Shown here: positions 10,802 to 21,100 of the stretch, in pieces
Position numbering within the stretch: position 1 is the first letter of the stretch
Layout: each line of letters starts with the position of its first letter
Assembly: GCA_903860135.1 (NCBI GenBank)
Contig: CAIOPG010000009.1
Span: 175,805 to 239,804 of the forward strand
Length of the DNA stretch: 64,000 bases
Origin: Candidatus Omnitrophota bacterium
Lineage (GTDB): Bacteria > Omnitrophota > Gorgyraeia > Zapsychrales > Fredricksoniimonadaceae
Reading direction: 5' to 3'
The notes under the pieces: generated by a model
What the model saw: only the letters and a program-made list of their open reading frames with translations
Database searches by the model: none
What the model was told of the DNA's origin: nothing
Made by a program: the position numbers and the translations under genes

Positions 10802-12721
10802 TCAGGCTCCTTTTTCTTTTAATTCCCGCCGTAAATGCTCAACCGACTCGCGTAAAAGACGGCAATAAAGGTCAAACCCTATTGACGCAATATAACCATG
10901 CTGCTGTTCGCCCAGCAAATTCCCGGCCCCGCGGATCTGCAGATCCTCAAATGCGATATTGAACCCTGCGCCGAGATCAGTGAACTTGGCCAGTGCATCC
11001 AGCCGTTGGCGCGCCACCCCGGAAATTTGTCCTTGCTCGGGTACAATGAAATAAGCATACGCCTTAACATCCATCCGCCCCACCCTGCCACGCAGTTGAT
11101 GCAGATCCGCAAGCCCGAATCGGTCCGCCCGATTGACAATAAGCGTATTGGCATTGGGTATATCAATCCCAGATTCTATTATAGTAGTGCAAACCAAACA
11201 ATCAACCTCGCGCTTGAGAAATTTAAGCATGACCTCTTCAAGCATACGGCCCGGCATCTGCCCGTGCCCCACCGCCAGCCGCACGCGCGGTACCAGGCGC
11301 TGGATCAACCTTGCGATCGGATCAATATCCTCGACATGATTATGCAGAAAGAAAACCTGCCCTCCGCGCCTGAGTTCCTGATCTATCGCGGCGCCAATAA
11401 CCTCCTCATCAAAATGGATCATGTGGGTGGAGACCGGTATCCGGTTCTGGGGCGGTGTCGCAATCACCGACATGTCGCGCGCTCCTGCCATGGCCATATA
11501 GAGCGTACGCGGAATAGGTGTCGCTGTCAAGGTCAGCACGTCTGCCAGCAATTTCATGTGCTTAAGGCGTTCTTTAGCCGTCACCCCGAAGCGCTGTTCC
11601 TCGTCAATGATAATAAGCCCGAGATCCTTGAAGGCGACATCTCCTGACAAAAGCCTGTGGGTACCGATGAGGATATCCACTTTCCCTTCTCGGGTTTGCG
11701 CAACAATGGCTGCCTGCTCAGCCTTGGTCCGAAAACGTGACAACATCCCCACGCGCACCGGAAAATCCTGCAGTCGCTTCACAAAATTAAAATAATGCTG
11801 TTCGGCAAGCACCGTCGTCGGCACAAGGACCGCCACCTGCTTGCCAGCCATAACGGCCTTGAAAGCGGCACGCATAGCCACCTCGGTCTTGCCATAGCCC
11901 ACGTCACCACACAAAAGGCGGTCCATCGGCTGAAGGGCTTCCATATCCGCCTTGACCTCAGCGGCGGCTTTGTCTTGATCGGGCGTGGCTGTAAAAGGAA
12001 ATTTCTTTTCAAACTCAACCTGCCATGAAGTGTCCGGTGGAAAAGGAAAACCCTTCAGGCTCTCCCGCACCGCCTGAACATGCAAAAGGCCGGCCGCCAG
12101 ATGCTGGAGGCGTTTTTCGATCTGACGCTTGACCTTCTCCCAGGTCCTGCTGCCCAGCGTGAAAAGACGCGGCGGTCTTTTGGTAAAACTGATATATTTC
12201 TGCACCAGATGCAAGTCATGCCGCGGCACATAAAGCTTATCGCCGCCCTCATATTCAATGACAAAATGCGCCAGCTTCCCGGTACCAGACTCAACATCTT
12301 TGATGCCCAGGAAACGGCCGATCCCGTGGACATTGTGAACAACATAATCCCCGCGCTCAATATCAATAAAATGATTGAGGGGCATATCAGCCGTGAACGG
12401 AATAACTTTCTTATGGTCCGCCGGACGCGTGGTACGCACCGGAAGAATAATCAGCGCCTTATGCTCCCATATATTCTTGCCGGTGAGCATATTGTAGGTA
12501 TAAATACGCCGCACACAATCATCGTCCATGTCCATACGGACAGGCGCATCAAAATTAACCGGGAAGATATCAATGATACTGCCGCGCACAGCGCATTGGC
12601 CGGGCTCTGCCACATGCTTGACACGGGCATAACCAAAACGAACGAGATCAACAACAATACTTTCCAGCGGGATGGTCTGGGAAATGAAATACTGCAGGGA
12701 TTTAAACATACTTAAAACCAA
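10802..12721 (-). CDS. mfd: Transcription-repair coupling factor Mfd, minimal 639-aa form (D2 + RNAP-interacting domain + RecG-like translocase; lacks D1a, D1b/D3 and D7)
   Basis: N-terminus aligns with E. coli Mfd D2 (GQCAVRGSIIDIFP vs GEYATRGALLDLFP). Roughly 20 aa later it runs into the RID (GDYVVHNVHGIGRF..KLYVP). The helicase has full motifs I-VI and a TRG motif (GDVGYGKT, DEEQRFGV, LTATPIPRT, QLRGRVGR) and ends about 25 aa after the TRG. The start is TTG at 12721 or ATG at 12709. An in-frame stop sits immediately upstream, adjacent to the secDF stop. Confidence 0.85.
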   Translation of the reverse strand: MVLSMFKSLQYFISQTIPLESIVVDLVRFGYARVKHVAEPGQCAVRGSIIDIFPVNFDAPVRMDMDDDCVRRIYTYNMLTGKNIWEHKALIILPVRTTRPADHKKVIPFTADMPLNHFIDIERGDYVVHNVHGIGRFLGIKDVESGTGKLAHFVIEYEGGDKLYVPRHDLHLVQKYISFTKRPPRLFTLGSRTWEKVKRQIEKRLQHLAAGLLHVQAVRESLKGFPFPPDTSWQVEFEKKFPFTATPDQDKAAAEVKADMEALQPMDRLLCGDVGYGKTEVAMRAAFKAVMAGKQVAVLVPTTVLAEQHYFNFVKRLQDFPVRVGMLSRFRTKAEQAAIVAQTREGKVDILIGTHRLLSGDVAFKDLGLIIIDEEQRFGVTAKERLKHMKLLADVLTLTATPIPRTLYMAMAGARDMSVIATPPQNRIPVSTHMIHFDEEVIGAAIDQELRRGGQVFFLHNHVEDIDPIARLIQRLVPRVRLAVGHGQMPGRMLEEVMLKFLKREVDCLVCTTIIESGIDIPNANTLIVNRADRFGLADLHQLRGRVGRMDVKAYAYFIVPEQGQISGVARQRLDALAKFTDLGAGFNIAFEDLQIRGAGNLLGEQQHGYIASIGFDLYCRLLRESVEHLRRELKEKGA

Positions 12722-12723
12722 TG

Positions 12724-12767
12724 AAAAACCCCGGTCCCGGCAAGCGTTGGCCTGTCGGAACCGGGGG
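12724..12767 (-). terminator. Intrinsic terminator/attenuator-like hairpin between secDF and mfd
   Basis: Minus strand reads CCCCGG-(26 nt loop)-CCGGGG followed by TTTTT. The mfd TTG start lies directly after the U-tract. Confidence 0.45.
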
Positions 12768-12783
12768 AAAGAATTGCCTCACA

Positions 12784-14985
12784 TCACTGCCACTTCTTGT
12801 GCGACAACAGCACCAGCGGCGTGACGATGAACATGGTGGAATAAACACCGCACACAAAGCCGATGATCAAAACCAGTGAAAACGTGTTGAGCACTTCACC
12901 GCCGAAAATAAAAAGAGCAATGACAACAAGGAGCGTGACAAACGTGCTCAGCACCGTACGCCCAAGTGTCTGGTTGATGCTCAGGTTGATGACCTCGGCG
13001 AGCGAAAGCTTGCGGTTCTTGGCCGCGTTCTCGCGCACACGGTCAAACACGACGATCGTATCATTGACGGAATACCCCGCGATGGTTAAGAGTGCCGTCA
13101 CGACCAGAAGGTCGATCTGACGCCCCATCATGACGGAAAGCCCCAACGCCATCAGGATGTCATGGATCAAGGCAGCAACGCCGGCCGCGGCAAATCCAAA
13201 GTTCTTGAAACGGATCCCCACGTAGATCAAGATAGATGCCAGCGCTAAAAGGATCGCCCACAGCGCACGTTCACGCAGGGCTTTCCCGACAACGGGACCG
13301 ACCTTTTCAATGCGCAATGTCTCAAAGCTGTTATCCTTGAATTCCTTCTTGAAGATCGCCACAACCTTCTCGTACGTATCCTCGCTCGAACGAACGATCA
13401 CATCTTCGGGATTCTTGTCGAATTGCTGGATCACCGCGTCCTTGATATCCGCATCCTTCAACGCCTTGCGCAGGCTGTCAGCGGAAACAGCTTGCTTGAA
13501 GCGGTATTCCTGGACCTGACCGCCGGCGAAATCTATACCGTAGGCCATATCTTTCTTGGAAATGATCGCAAAAAGACCGGCCGCTGTGATCACCGCCGAA
13601 ATGATCAGGAAGAAATACATCGGCTTCACAAAGTCGATATTGGTCTGTTTGAACAAACGCATCATCTTGAGCGTCGTGAGTTTGCGCTTTTCAAGCAGGA
13701 AATCAAACATGGCGCGTGTGATATAAACAGCCGTAAACAGACTGGCCGCCAGACCGATGCTGAGCGTGATCGCGAAACCTTTGATTGGGCCGGATCCAAA
13801 CTGAAAAAGCAGGAATGAAGCGATCAGCGACGTGACATGCGAGTCAATGATCGCGCTCAATGCCCGGTCATACCCGCTGGCGACCGCCGCCGCCAGTGTC
13901 CGCCCGTTCTCCAATTCTTCCCGGATACGTTCATTGATAAGAACATTCGCGTCAACCGCCATCCCGAGTGTCAGGACGATACCCGCAATACCCGGCAAGG
14001 TCAGCGTGACCTGCGACCCCGGCATCATGACATTGATGAACCCCATCGCGCCGACGATCATCACAAGGTTCAGGATCAAGGCCACCGAAGCGATCATCCC
14101 GCCGATCCAGTAATAAATGATCATAAAAGCAAGGACAAAGAGCGAGCCGAACACAGTGGCGCGAATACCGGCATCAATGGAATCCTTGCCGAGCAAAGGC
14201 CCGATGGTGCGTTCTTCTTCCACATACATCGGCACAGGCAAAGAACCGGAACGCAACGCCAGCGCCAGCACAAACGATTCGTCATACGTGAACTGCCCGG
14301 ATATCTCCGCCGTCCCCGTCATGATCGCTTCCCTGATATTGGGCGCGGAAAGCACCTCGCCATCCATGACAATGGCCAGTCGTTCCCCCACATGCTTGCT
14401 GGTAAGATCAGCAAAATCCTTGGTGCCTTTCCCGTTGAAAGCCAGGGATATTTTGGGCAACATGGACTGTGAATCAAAATCAACCTTGGCATCCGAAATA
14501 GCATCACCCTGCAAGATCGCCTGCGCCTGAACAAGGATGGCTTCCCTGTTATCACCCTTGGCGTACTTAAGCTCAAGCCCTTCGGGAACTTTCCCGGCCA
14601 GCGCATCTTTTAATTTGGCCGGATCATTGTCCACAAGCCTGAATTCCAGGTGCGCGACGCGCTTGACCATATCCACAGCCCTGTCACGGTCGGTAACCCC
14701 CGGAAGTTGAACAAGGATCTGGTCTTCACCCTGGCGCTGGATCGCCGTCTCACCGACTCCCATGCTGTCGATGCGATTGCGCAGGATTTCCATCGCGCGC
14801 AACACAGCATCCTCTTTCTTGGTCTTGTCAGCGAGCTTGGAAGTATCAACCTTCAGGATAAGATGCATCCCGCCCTTCAGGTCAAGGCCAAGGTTAATAC
14901 GCTTTTGGATCGGCCAGGCAAACGCCACGCAAGCAACAATGACACCAAGGATGATCAGGAACCGGGTGCGAAGATTCTTACTCAT
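12784..14985 (-). CDS. secDF: Protein translocase subunit SecDF (fused)
   Basis: 733 aa. N-terminal SecD periplasmic domain plus two 6-TM SecD/SecF modules. Confidence 0.9.
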   Translation of the reverse strand: MSKNLRTRFLIILGVIVACVAFAWPIQKRINLGLDLKGGMHLILKVDTSKLADKTKKEDAVLRAMEILRNRIDSMGVGETAIQRQGEDQILVQLPGVTDRDRAVDMVKRVAHLEFRLVDNDPAKLKDALAGKVPEGLELKYAKGDNREAILVQAQAILQGDAISDAKVDFDSQSMLPKISLAFNGKGTKDFADLTSKHVGERLAIVMDGEVLSAPNIREAIMTGTAEISGQFTYDESFVLALALRSGSLPVPMYVEEERTIGPLLGKDSIDAGIRATVFGSLFVLAFMIIYYWIGGMIASVALILNLVMIVGAMGFINVMMPGSQVTLTLPGIAGIVLTLGMAVDANVLINERIREELENGRTLAAAVASGYDRALSAIIDSHVTSLIASFLLFQFGSGPIKGFAITLSIGLAASLFTAVYITRAMFDFLLEKRKLTTLKMMRLFKQTNIDFVKPMYFFLIISAVITAAGLFAIISKKDMAYGIDFAGGQVQEYRFKQAVSADSLRKALKDADIKDAVIQQFDKNPEDVIVRSSEDTYEKVVAIFKKEFKDNSFETLRIEKVGPVVGKALRERALWAILLALASILIYVGIRFKNFGFAAAGVAALIHDILMALGLSVMMGRQIDLLVVTALLTIAGYSVNDTIVVFDRVRENAAKNRKLSLAEVINLSINQTLGRTVLSTFVTLLVVIALFIFGGEVLNTFSLVLIIGFVCGVYSTMFIVTPLVLLSHKKWQ

Positions 14986-15048
14986 GACTTCCCTCTTTTT
15001 AGAAAGTTACCCCATTCAAGGGCTTATACGGCATCCCTGCCGGACGCG

Positions 15049-15327
15049 TTACTCTGCTTTTTTCTTGAGGACCAGGATCGCTTCCCGATCAAACTCAACA
15101 CGGACATTTTCATCCAGACGAAGCACGATCGTGGTATCTTTAACATTGACAACCACCCCGTGAATACCGCCGGATGTAACCACTTCATCGTTCTTGGCCA
15201 GAGCTTTGATCATCGCCTGATGTTCTTTCTGTTTCTTTTTCTCAGGACGGATAACCAGAAAATAAAAGATCGCGAAAATAAGCAGCATCGGAACAATCTG
15301 CGTAATGATGGAAGACTGCGCTGGCAT
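15049..15327 (-). CDS. yajC: Preprotein translocase subunit YajC
   Basis: 92 aa. Single TM followed by a YajC-like core (VVTSGGIHGVVVNV). Confidence 0.85.
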   Translation of the reverse strand: MPAQSSIITQIVPMLLIFAIFYFLVIRPEKKKQKEHQAMIKALAKNDEVVTSGGIHGVVVNVKDTTIVLRLDENVRVEFDREAILVLKKKAE

Positions 15328-15344
15328 ACGACAACCTTTCGATG

Positions 15345-15596
15345 TTACTTTTGTTGCTTGGTTTTGTTATACAGCGAGCGGACAGTATCTGACATCTGTG
15401 CCCCTGTCTTGACCCACTTTTCAACCTTGGCCGTATCAAGTTTATAAACAGCCGGCTTCTTCGAAGGGTCGTAATGCCCCACGATCTCAAGCACCCTGCC
15501 GTCACGTGCGGACGACTTGCTGATAACAACGATGCGCCAATTGGTGTTCTTCTGGGCCGGATCGCCCGCTCTCTGCATCCTGATCTTGACTTCCAT
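15345..15596 (-). CDS. rpsP: 30S ribosomal protein S16
   Basis: 83 aa. Aligns along its length to E. coli S16 (IRxxRxG, ARDGR, EIVGxYxP, WVxxGAQMSD). Confidence 0.85.
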   Translation of the reverse strand: MEVKIRMQRAGDPAQKNTNWRIVVISKSSARDGRVLEIVGHYDPSKKPAVYKLDTAKVEKWVKTGAQMSDTVRSLYNKTKQQK

Positions 15597-15628
15597 TGCT
15601 CCTGTTTCCTTTCTTCGTTCGTTTTTGC

Positions 15629-17152
15629 TCAGCGCGCGTGGGCCAACTCGAGGGCCACGATCTGCGCTTTTGCCTTGTTGACTGTTTCCTTATATTCACT
15701 GGCCGGATCCGAATCCGCCACAATGCCGGCACCAGCCTGGACATACGCCTTGGAACCCCCAGGACCTTTCTTGATCACAATGGTGCGTATTGTAATACAA
15801 GTATCGATATCTTGCGAGAAACTTATGTAACCAACACATCCGCCATAGGGTCCGCGCCGCGCAGGCTCAAGCGCCTCAATGATCTCCATGGCCCGGATCT
15901 TAGGGGCTCCCGAGAGGGTTCCCGCCGGGAAAGTGGCCTCAAGGGCCGATAAAGCGTCATGCCCCGGCTGAAGGCGCCCCTGCACATTGGAAACAATATG
16001 CATGACATGCGAATACTTTTCAACGGACATAAAATCAGTAACCTTGACAGTTCCTTCCACGCACACCCGGCCAAGGTCATTGCGGCCAAGATCGACCAGC
16101 ATCACATGTTCCGCGACCTCCTTAGGATCCGCCAGCAGTTCCCTGGCCAAACATTCATCCTCCTCCGGAGACTTTCCCCGCGGGCGCGTACCGGCAATAG
16201 GCCGTGTCTCCACAAGCCCGGCCTCACAGCGCACCAGCAATTCCGGTGATGACCCTACAATGGACAGCCCTTCCATATCCAGAAGATACATGTACGGCGA
16301 AGGGTTGAGTGTGCGCAATGTCCTGTAAATATTGACCGGGCTCGCCGTAACAGCAACATCAAAACGCTGGGAAAGAACGACCTGGATGATCTCCCCGGCC
16401 TTGATCTCTTCCTTGGCGGCAACCACCATGCGCTCATAACCCCCAGCCGTGCAATTAGCGCGCACCTTCAACTTCCTCGCCGGTACGGCCTTGGCAGCAG
16501 GCAATCGCAAAGGCCGTGTGATGACCGCAATCAACGCGTCAATGCGTTGCATGGCCGCCCTATATTTTCCCTGCAAGACTTTTCGGCTTTCACCGGTCCC
16601 TATATCCACACAGGCCACAACCTTGATCGTATGATGCAGGTGATCAAAAATGACCAGGTCTTTGGCCATCATGAGAACAACATCCGGAAGCTCAAGATCA
16701 TCAGGCTTCTGTACGGGAACTTTCTCGAAGAAACGTACCGTATCGTAACTCAAATACCCGACAAACCCGCCGCTAAAACCCGGCAATCCGGGGATATTGA
16801 CAAATTTGTAATGCCCGATCAGCGCACGCACAAGTTCCAGCGGCGTTGTGTCAAAGGTACATGTTTCCCTGACAGGTTTGCCCCGGTTAAAACGGATGAT
16901 CGCCCCCGCATGATCTTTAGTCGTCAGCACAAGTTCCGGGTCGCGCGCCAGAAAAGAATATCGCGCCAGTTTCTCGCCGCCCTCGACGGATTCAAGGAGA
17001 AAAGAATATTGGGCTTTGGCCGAAAGCTTGATATAGGCCGCTACCGGTGTTTCCAGATCACCGTCAATTTCTTTATACACAGGGACAAGATTCCCCTGCC
17101 GGGCATAATCCAAAAATTCTTTTTCGGTCACATGCTTCATGCCCGCACACAT
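15629..17152 (-). CDS. trpE: Anthranilate synthase component I (chorismate-binding enzyme; a PabB-type role cannot be excluded)
   Basis: 507 aa. TrpE-type N-terminus ([22 protein letters not shown]), [16 protein letters not shown], and chorismate-binding C-terminus ([19 protein letters not shown]). No trpG/trpD in the window. Confidence 0.75.
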   Translation of the reverse strand: MCAGMKHVTEKEFLDYARQGNLVPVYKEIDGDLETPVAAYIKLSAKAQYSFLLESVEGGEKLARYSFLARDPELVLTTKDHAGAIIRFNRGKPVRETCTFDTTPLELVRALIGHYKFVNIPGLPGFSGGFVGYLSYDTVRFFEKVPVQKPDDLELPDVVLMMAKDLVIFDHLHHTIKVVACVDIGTGESRKVLQGKYRAAMQRIDALIAVITRPLRLPAAKAVPARKLKVRANCTAGGYERMVVAAKEEIKAGEIIQVVLSQRFDVAVTASPVNIYRTLRTLNPSPYMYLLDMEGLSIVGSSPELLVRCEAGLVETRPIAGTRPRGKSPEEDECLARELLADPKEVAEHVMLVDLGRNDLGRVCVEGTVKVTDFMSVEKYSHVMHIVSNVQGRLQPGHDALSALEATFPAGTLSGAPKIRAMEIIEALEPARRGPYGGCVGYISFSQDIDTCITIRTIVIKKGPGGSKAYVQAGAGIVADSDPASEYKETVNKAKAQIVALELAHAR

Positions 17153-17892
17153 ACGCCTTTCGCGCGCAGATGATCTTTAACCTGTCTAACCGATATTTCA
17201 CCGTAATGAAAGATCGAAGCCGCCAATCCGGCATCGGCCCCGGTGTGCCTGAAGAGAGCTGAAAAATCATCGACACGACCCGCCCCGCCCGACGCGATCA
17301 CAGGAATATTCACCGCCGCCGCCACCGCCTGCGTCAAGGGCAGATCAAAGCCGTCTTTGGTGCCGTCGGCATCCATACTCGTCAGGAGTATCTCACCGGC
17401 ACCCAGGCGCTCGACCTCACGCGCCCAAGCAACCGCCTCTTTATCCGTTGGGCGCCGTCCGCCATGCGTGAAGACCATCCAGCGGCCGTCGATAAGGCGC
17501 GTATCAATGGCCACCACAATGCACTGGCTCCCGAAACGCTCGGCCGCCTCGCGCACAAGATCAGGGTTCGCTACCGCCGCCGTATTGATCGACGCCTTGT
17601 CAGCCCCCGCATTCAACAGCCGGCGGATATCCTCGACGGCATTGATCCCGCCGCCGACCGTCAACGGCATGAAGACCTGCTCCGCTGTCCGGTTCACCAC
17701 ATCAATGAATGTCTTGCGGCCTTCATGGCTGGCGGTAATATCAAGGAACACCAGCTCATCAGCTTGCGCGGTATCATAGATCTTCGCCACCTCAACAGGG
17801 TCTCCCGCGTCACGCAAGTTCAGGAAATTAACACCTTTGACCACGCGCCCGTCTTTCACATCAAGGCAAGGGATGATGCGCTTGGTCAACAT
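17137..17892 (-). CDS. hisF: Imidazole glycerol phosphate synthase cyclase subunit
   Basis: 251 aa. [18 protein letters not shown]-terminus. Confidence 0.95.
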   Translation of the reverse strand: MLTKRIIPCLDVKDGRVVKGVNFLNLRDAGDPVEVAKIYDTAQADELVFLDITASHEGRKTFIDVVNRTAEQVFMPLTVGGGINAVEDIRRLLNAGADKASINTAAVANPDLVREAAERFGSQCIVVAIDTRLIDGRWMVFTHGGRRPTDKEAVAWAREVERLGAGEILLTSMDADGTKDGFDLPLTQAVAAAVNIPVIASGGAGRVDDFSALFRHTGADAGLAASIFHYGEISVRQVKDHLRAKGVCVRA

Positions 17893-18620
17893 GCTTTGCC
17901 TCCGGAAAGCGCCAGTGCCTCCCTGACATCCAGGGTGCCTTCATAAATAGCGCGGCCGGTAATGACCCCGTAAAGGTTTTTCTTCCCGAGGGCTTGCAAG
18001 GCCCGGATATCATCGAGGCTTTTGACCCCGCCCGAAGCAATGATGTTAACCCCGGCGAGCACCAGCATCTCGTTCAATCCATTGATATTCGGTCCTGCCA
18101 GGGTCCCGTCGCGGGCAATATCCGTATAAATAATATATTGCAATCCCATGTCCGCCAATTCCCGGGCAAGATCGATCCCTTTAATAGTCGAAGTCTCGAC
18201 CCAGCCGCGCCGGGCAACAAAACCATCCGCGCAATCAAGGCTGACAGCAATACGCCCGCCCCATGACGCAAGGACATCCTTAAGAAAAGAACGGTCATCC
18301 ACAACCTTGGTGCCAAGGATAACACGATCGATCCCGGCTTCAAGGTAATGGTCAACGACATCACGGCTGCGGATCCCCCCGCCGGTCTCAACCGGGATGT
18401 TGAGTTCCCTGGCTATCTGGCAAATCGTTGCCTGATTCCGCCGCTGGCCCGATTCGGCACCGTCGAGGTCAACCACATGCAGGTAAGGAGCTCCCAACGC
18501 TTCCCATTGCCTGGCCATGGCCACAGGATCAGAACCATATTCTGTTACCTGATCAAAACGCCCCTTGAACAGGCGTACGACCTTGCCGTCTTTGATATCG
18601 ATCGCGGGGATGATCAGCAT
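17886..18620 (-). CDS. hisA: ProFAR isomerase
   Basis: [17 protein letters not shown]. The ORF-track N-terminal extension overlaps hisH, so the internal Met at 18620 is inferred as the start. Confidence 0.9.
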   Translation of the reverse strand: MLIIPAIDIKDGKVVRLFKGRFDQVTEYGSDPVAMARQWEALGAPYLHVVDLDGAESGQRRNQATICQIARELNIPVETGGGIRSRDVVDHYLEAGIDRVILGTKVVDDRSFLKDVLASWGGRIAVSLDCADGFVARRGWVETSTIKGIDLARELADMGLQYIIYTDIARDGTLAGPNINGLNEMLVLAGVNIIASGGVKSLDDIRALQALGKKNLYGVITGRAIYEGTLDVREALALSGGKAC

Positions 18621-19216
18621 GCGACAAAATTCTCCAGTATCTTCAGGCCGACGGTCTGGCTTTTTTCCGGATGGAACTGAACACCCCAAATATTCCCCGC
18701 ACACACCGCCGAGGCATAACTCAGCCCGTAATCCGTCATGGCTGAGCGGATCTTCATATCCACAGGCTTAACAAAATACGAATGACAAAAATAAACAAAA
18801 GCCCCATCGGCAATGCCCCTGAACATCGGGCAACCCTCGTGCACAATAGCGAGACTGTTCCAACCCATTTGCGGCACCTTAACAGAATTCGGAAAACGTT
18901 CAACGGTCCCGGGCAAAAGGCCTAACCCTTGGACTGATCCCCCTTCGGTGCTTGATTCAAAAAGAAGCTGAAACCCCAGGCATATCCCCAGAAACGGTTT
19001 GCCCGAGGCGGTGAATGCTTTTATCGCGTCGATCAACCCAAGCTCTCCAAGCCTCTCCATCGCCGGGCGTATCGCCCCCACCCCCGGCAGGACAAGCTTG
19101 TCCGCCAGCGCCACCTCGGCCGGCGATGTCACGATGCGCGTTTTGCCCCCGGACACCTCAATGGCCTTCTCAACACTGCGCAAGTTCCCCATGCCGTAAT
19201 CAACAATAGCGATCAT
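18614..19216 (-). CDS. hisH: Imidazole glycerol phosphate synthase glutaminase subunit
   Basis: 200 aa. MIAIVDYGMGNLRSV plus a class-I GATase triad region. Confidence 0.95.
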   Translation of the reverse strand: MIAIVDYGMGNLRSVEKAIEVSGGKTRIVTSPAEVALADKLVLPGVGAIRPAMERLGELGLIDAIKAFTASGKPFLGICLGFQLLFESSTEGGSVQGLGLLPGTVERFPNSVKVPQMGWNSLAIVHEGCPMFRGIADGAFVYFCHSYFVKPVDMKIRSAMTDYGLSYASAVCAGNIWGVQFHPEKSQTVGLKILENFVAC

Positions 19217-19827
19217 CAGTCAATGATCCCTTTGGTCGACGGCACGATCCCCTCGCGGCGCGGATCAACCTGTGTCGCCTGGTCAAGGGCCAAGCCCAAA
19301 GCCTTAAAGACAGCCTCGACATTGGTATGCACATCATCCGAAACATTCTGGACTGTCACGCTGATCGTTGCTCCCAACGCGTGCGCAAACGATTCCATGA
19401 AATGCTCAAGATAGGTGAATGAATATTCTTCCTTACCCTTCAACTGAACAACCTTGTCTTCCTCGATGTTCAGCTTGAAATACCCGCGGCCGCTGATATC
19501 CAGCAGTACACGTGCGGTCGTGGCCTCCATCGGCGCGCCTGCCCCGCCGAAACGGCGGATGCCGGCTTTATCGCCAAGGGCTTCACGGAACGCCTTGCCC
19601 AAGACAATGCCGATATCCTCATTCGTATGATGAATATCAATGGCCGTATCCGAACATACCACGTCCAGTTCCAGATCAAAAAGGCCATGGAAAGCAAAAA
19701 GCTCGATCATATGATCAAGGAAAGCGATGCCCGTCTTGATCCGGGCACGATCACCGCGCCCGTCGACATTCAGCTTTGCCTTGATATGCGTTTCCTTGCT
19801 TTTACGTTCGATCATGGATGTTCTCAT
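19216..19827 (-). CDS. hisB: Imidazoleglycerol-phosphate dehydratase (monofunctional)
   Basis: 203 aa. IGPD motifs (HIDHHHTNEDIGI-like DIHHTNEDIGIVLG). Confidence 0.9.
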   Translation of the reverse strand: MRTSMIERKSKETHIKAKLNVDGRGDRARIKTGIAFLDHMIELFAFHGLFDLELDVVCSDTAIDIHHTNEDIGIVLGKAFREALGDKAGIRRFGGAGAPMEATTARVLLDISGRGYFKLNIEEDKVVQLKGKEEYSFTYLEHFMESFAHALGATISVTVQNVSDDVHTNVEAVFKALGLALDQATQVDPRREGIVPSTKGIID

Positions 19828-19876
19828 AAGCCTGCCCTTTCTCCCGCGCGCGTCAAGGCCGCACCTGGATCAACCT

Positions 19877-21100
19877 TTATTTAAACCTGACATTAACCGA
19901 TTCCGCGTGTTTGACAAGACCCTCGATCATGGCAATGCGCTCGAGCGATTCGCGTACTTTCTCCAGCGCCTTCCTGGAATAAGAGACGATGTGGCTTGTC
20001 TTCATAAAACTGGAAAGGCTCAATCCCGACGCAAAACGCGCCGTCCCTAATGTGGGCAGGACATGGCTTGGCCCGGCCACATAATCGCCCAGCGGTGTCG
20101 GGCTGTACGGCCCCAGGAAAATAGCCCCGGCATGACGGATCATTTTGGCCACATTGGCAGGGTCGCTGGTCAGGATCTGCAAATGTTCGGGCGCGAGCCT
20201 GTTGGCGATCTCGCACGCGGCTTCCATGTTCTTGGCATAAATGACATAACCGCCCTGAACACGATTCCTGACCTGACGGATCAACTGCTTGGATGTCGAC
20301 ACAAGGATGGCAAGCCCGCCGGAATGCTCGATCTGCGATTCAAGGTCAGCCACCACATAATCAGGATTGCTCAGGCGATTGGCGATCACCACCAGTTCGG
20401 TAGGACCGGCGAGCATGTCAATATCCACATAACCAAAAAGCTGACGTTTGGCCTCGGTGACATAGGCATTGCCCGGCCCGACGATCTTGTCTACCCGGGG
20501 GATCGTGCGCGTCCCAAAAGCCAGCGCCGCGATCGCCTGTGCCCCGCCGACCTTATAAACTTCATTCACATTCAACAGATTCGCCACCGCCAGGATATGC
20601 GGATTCACATGCCCGTCCTTCCCGGGAGGTGTCAGGATCACGATCCGTTTCACACCCGCGATCTTCGCCGGGACAACGGTCATGTACACCGAAGACACCA
20701 ACGGTGCCGTTCCCGCCGGGATATAGACCCCCACCGTATCGATCGGACGGAATTCTTCTTTCAGAAGAATCCCGTCTTCACTCTTGATACAGCAGGGCTT
20801 CTTGATCTGACTGCGATAAAAAGCCGTCACATTATGGATAACCATCTTGAGCGTCGCGACAAATTCCGGCTTGATATTCTGAAAGGCACCGCTGATCTCG
20901 CTCTCGGCCACGCGCAGATCTCGGGGTGAAAGCTTGACATGATCGAACCGGGCGGTATATTTCAATACGGCTTCATCCCCGTGCAGGCGAATATCCTCGA
21001 CGATCCGCGCCACCTTGCTGACCACACTTTTGCGGCGATAATAAAGATTCCTGTCATAAAGCTGGTAAACAGCCTTGCTGTTTGACTTTAACAATTTCAT
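19877..21100 (-). CDS. hisD: Histidinol dehydrogenase
   Basis: 407 aa. HisD core (GVYIPAG...AGPTELVVIA...GDYVAGPSHVLPT). Confidence 0.9.
   Translation of the reverse strand: MKLLKSNSKAVYQLYDRNLYYRRKSVVSKVARIVEDIRLHGDEAVLKYTARFDHVKLSPRDLRVAESEISGAFQNIKPEFVATLKMVIHNVTAFYRSQIKKPCCIKSEDGILLKEEFRPIDTVGVYIPAGTAPLVSSVYMTVVPAKIAGVKRIVILTPPGKDGHVNPHILAVANLLNVNEVYKVGGAQAIAALAFGTRTIPRVDKIVGPGNAYVTEAKRQLFGYVDIDMLAGPTELVVIANRLSNPDYVVADLESQIEHSGGLAILVSTSKQLIRQVRNRVQGGYVIYAKNMEAACEIANRLAPEHLQILTSDPANVAKMIRHAGAIFLGPYSPTPLGDYVAGPSHVLPTLGTARFASGLSLSSFMKTSHIVSYSRKALEKVRESLERIAMIEGLVKHAESVNVRFK

Noticed and set aside
10802-12721. Short mfd as a frameshifted pseudogene
   Set aside because: An in-frame stop and the secDF stop lie within 62 nt upstream, so there is no space for the missing ~500 codons. 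All helicase motifs are intact.
20063-20929. 288-aa plus-strand ORF
   Set aside because: Antisense to hisD. Arg/His-rich nonsense typical of a shadow frame.
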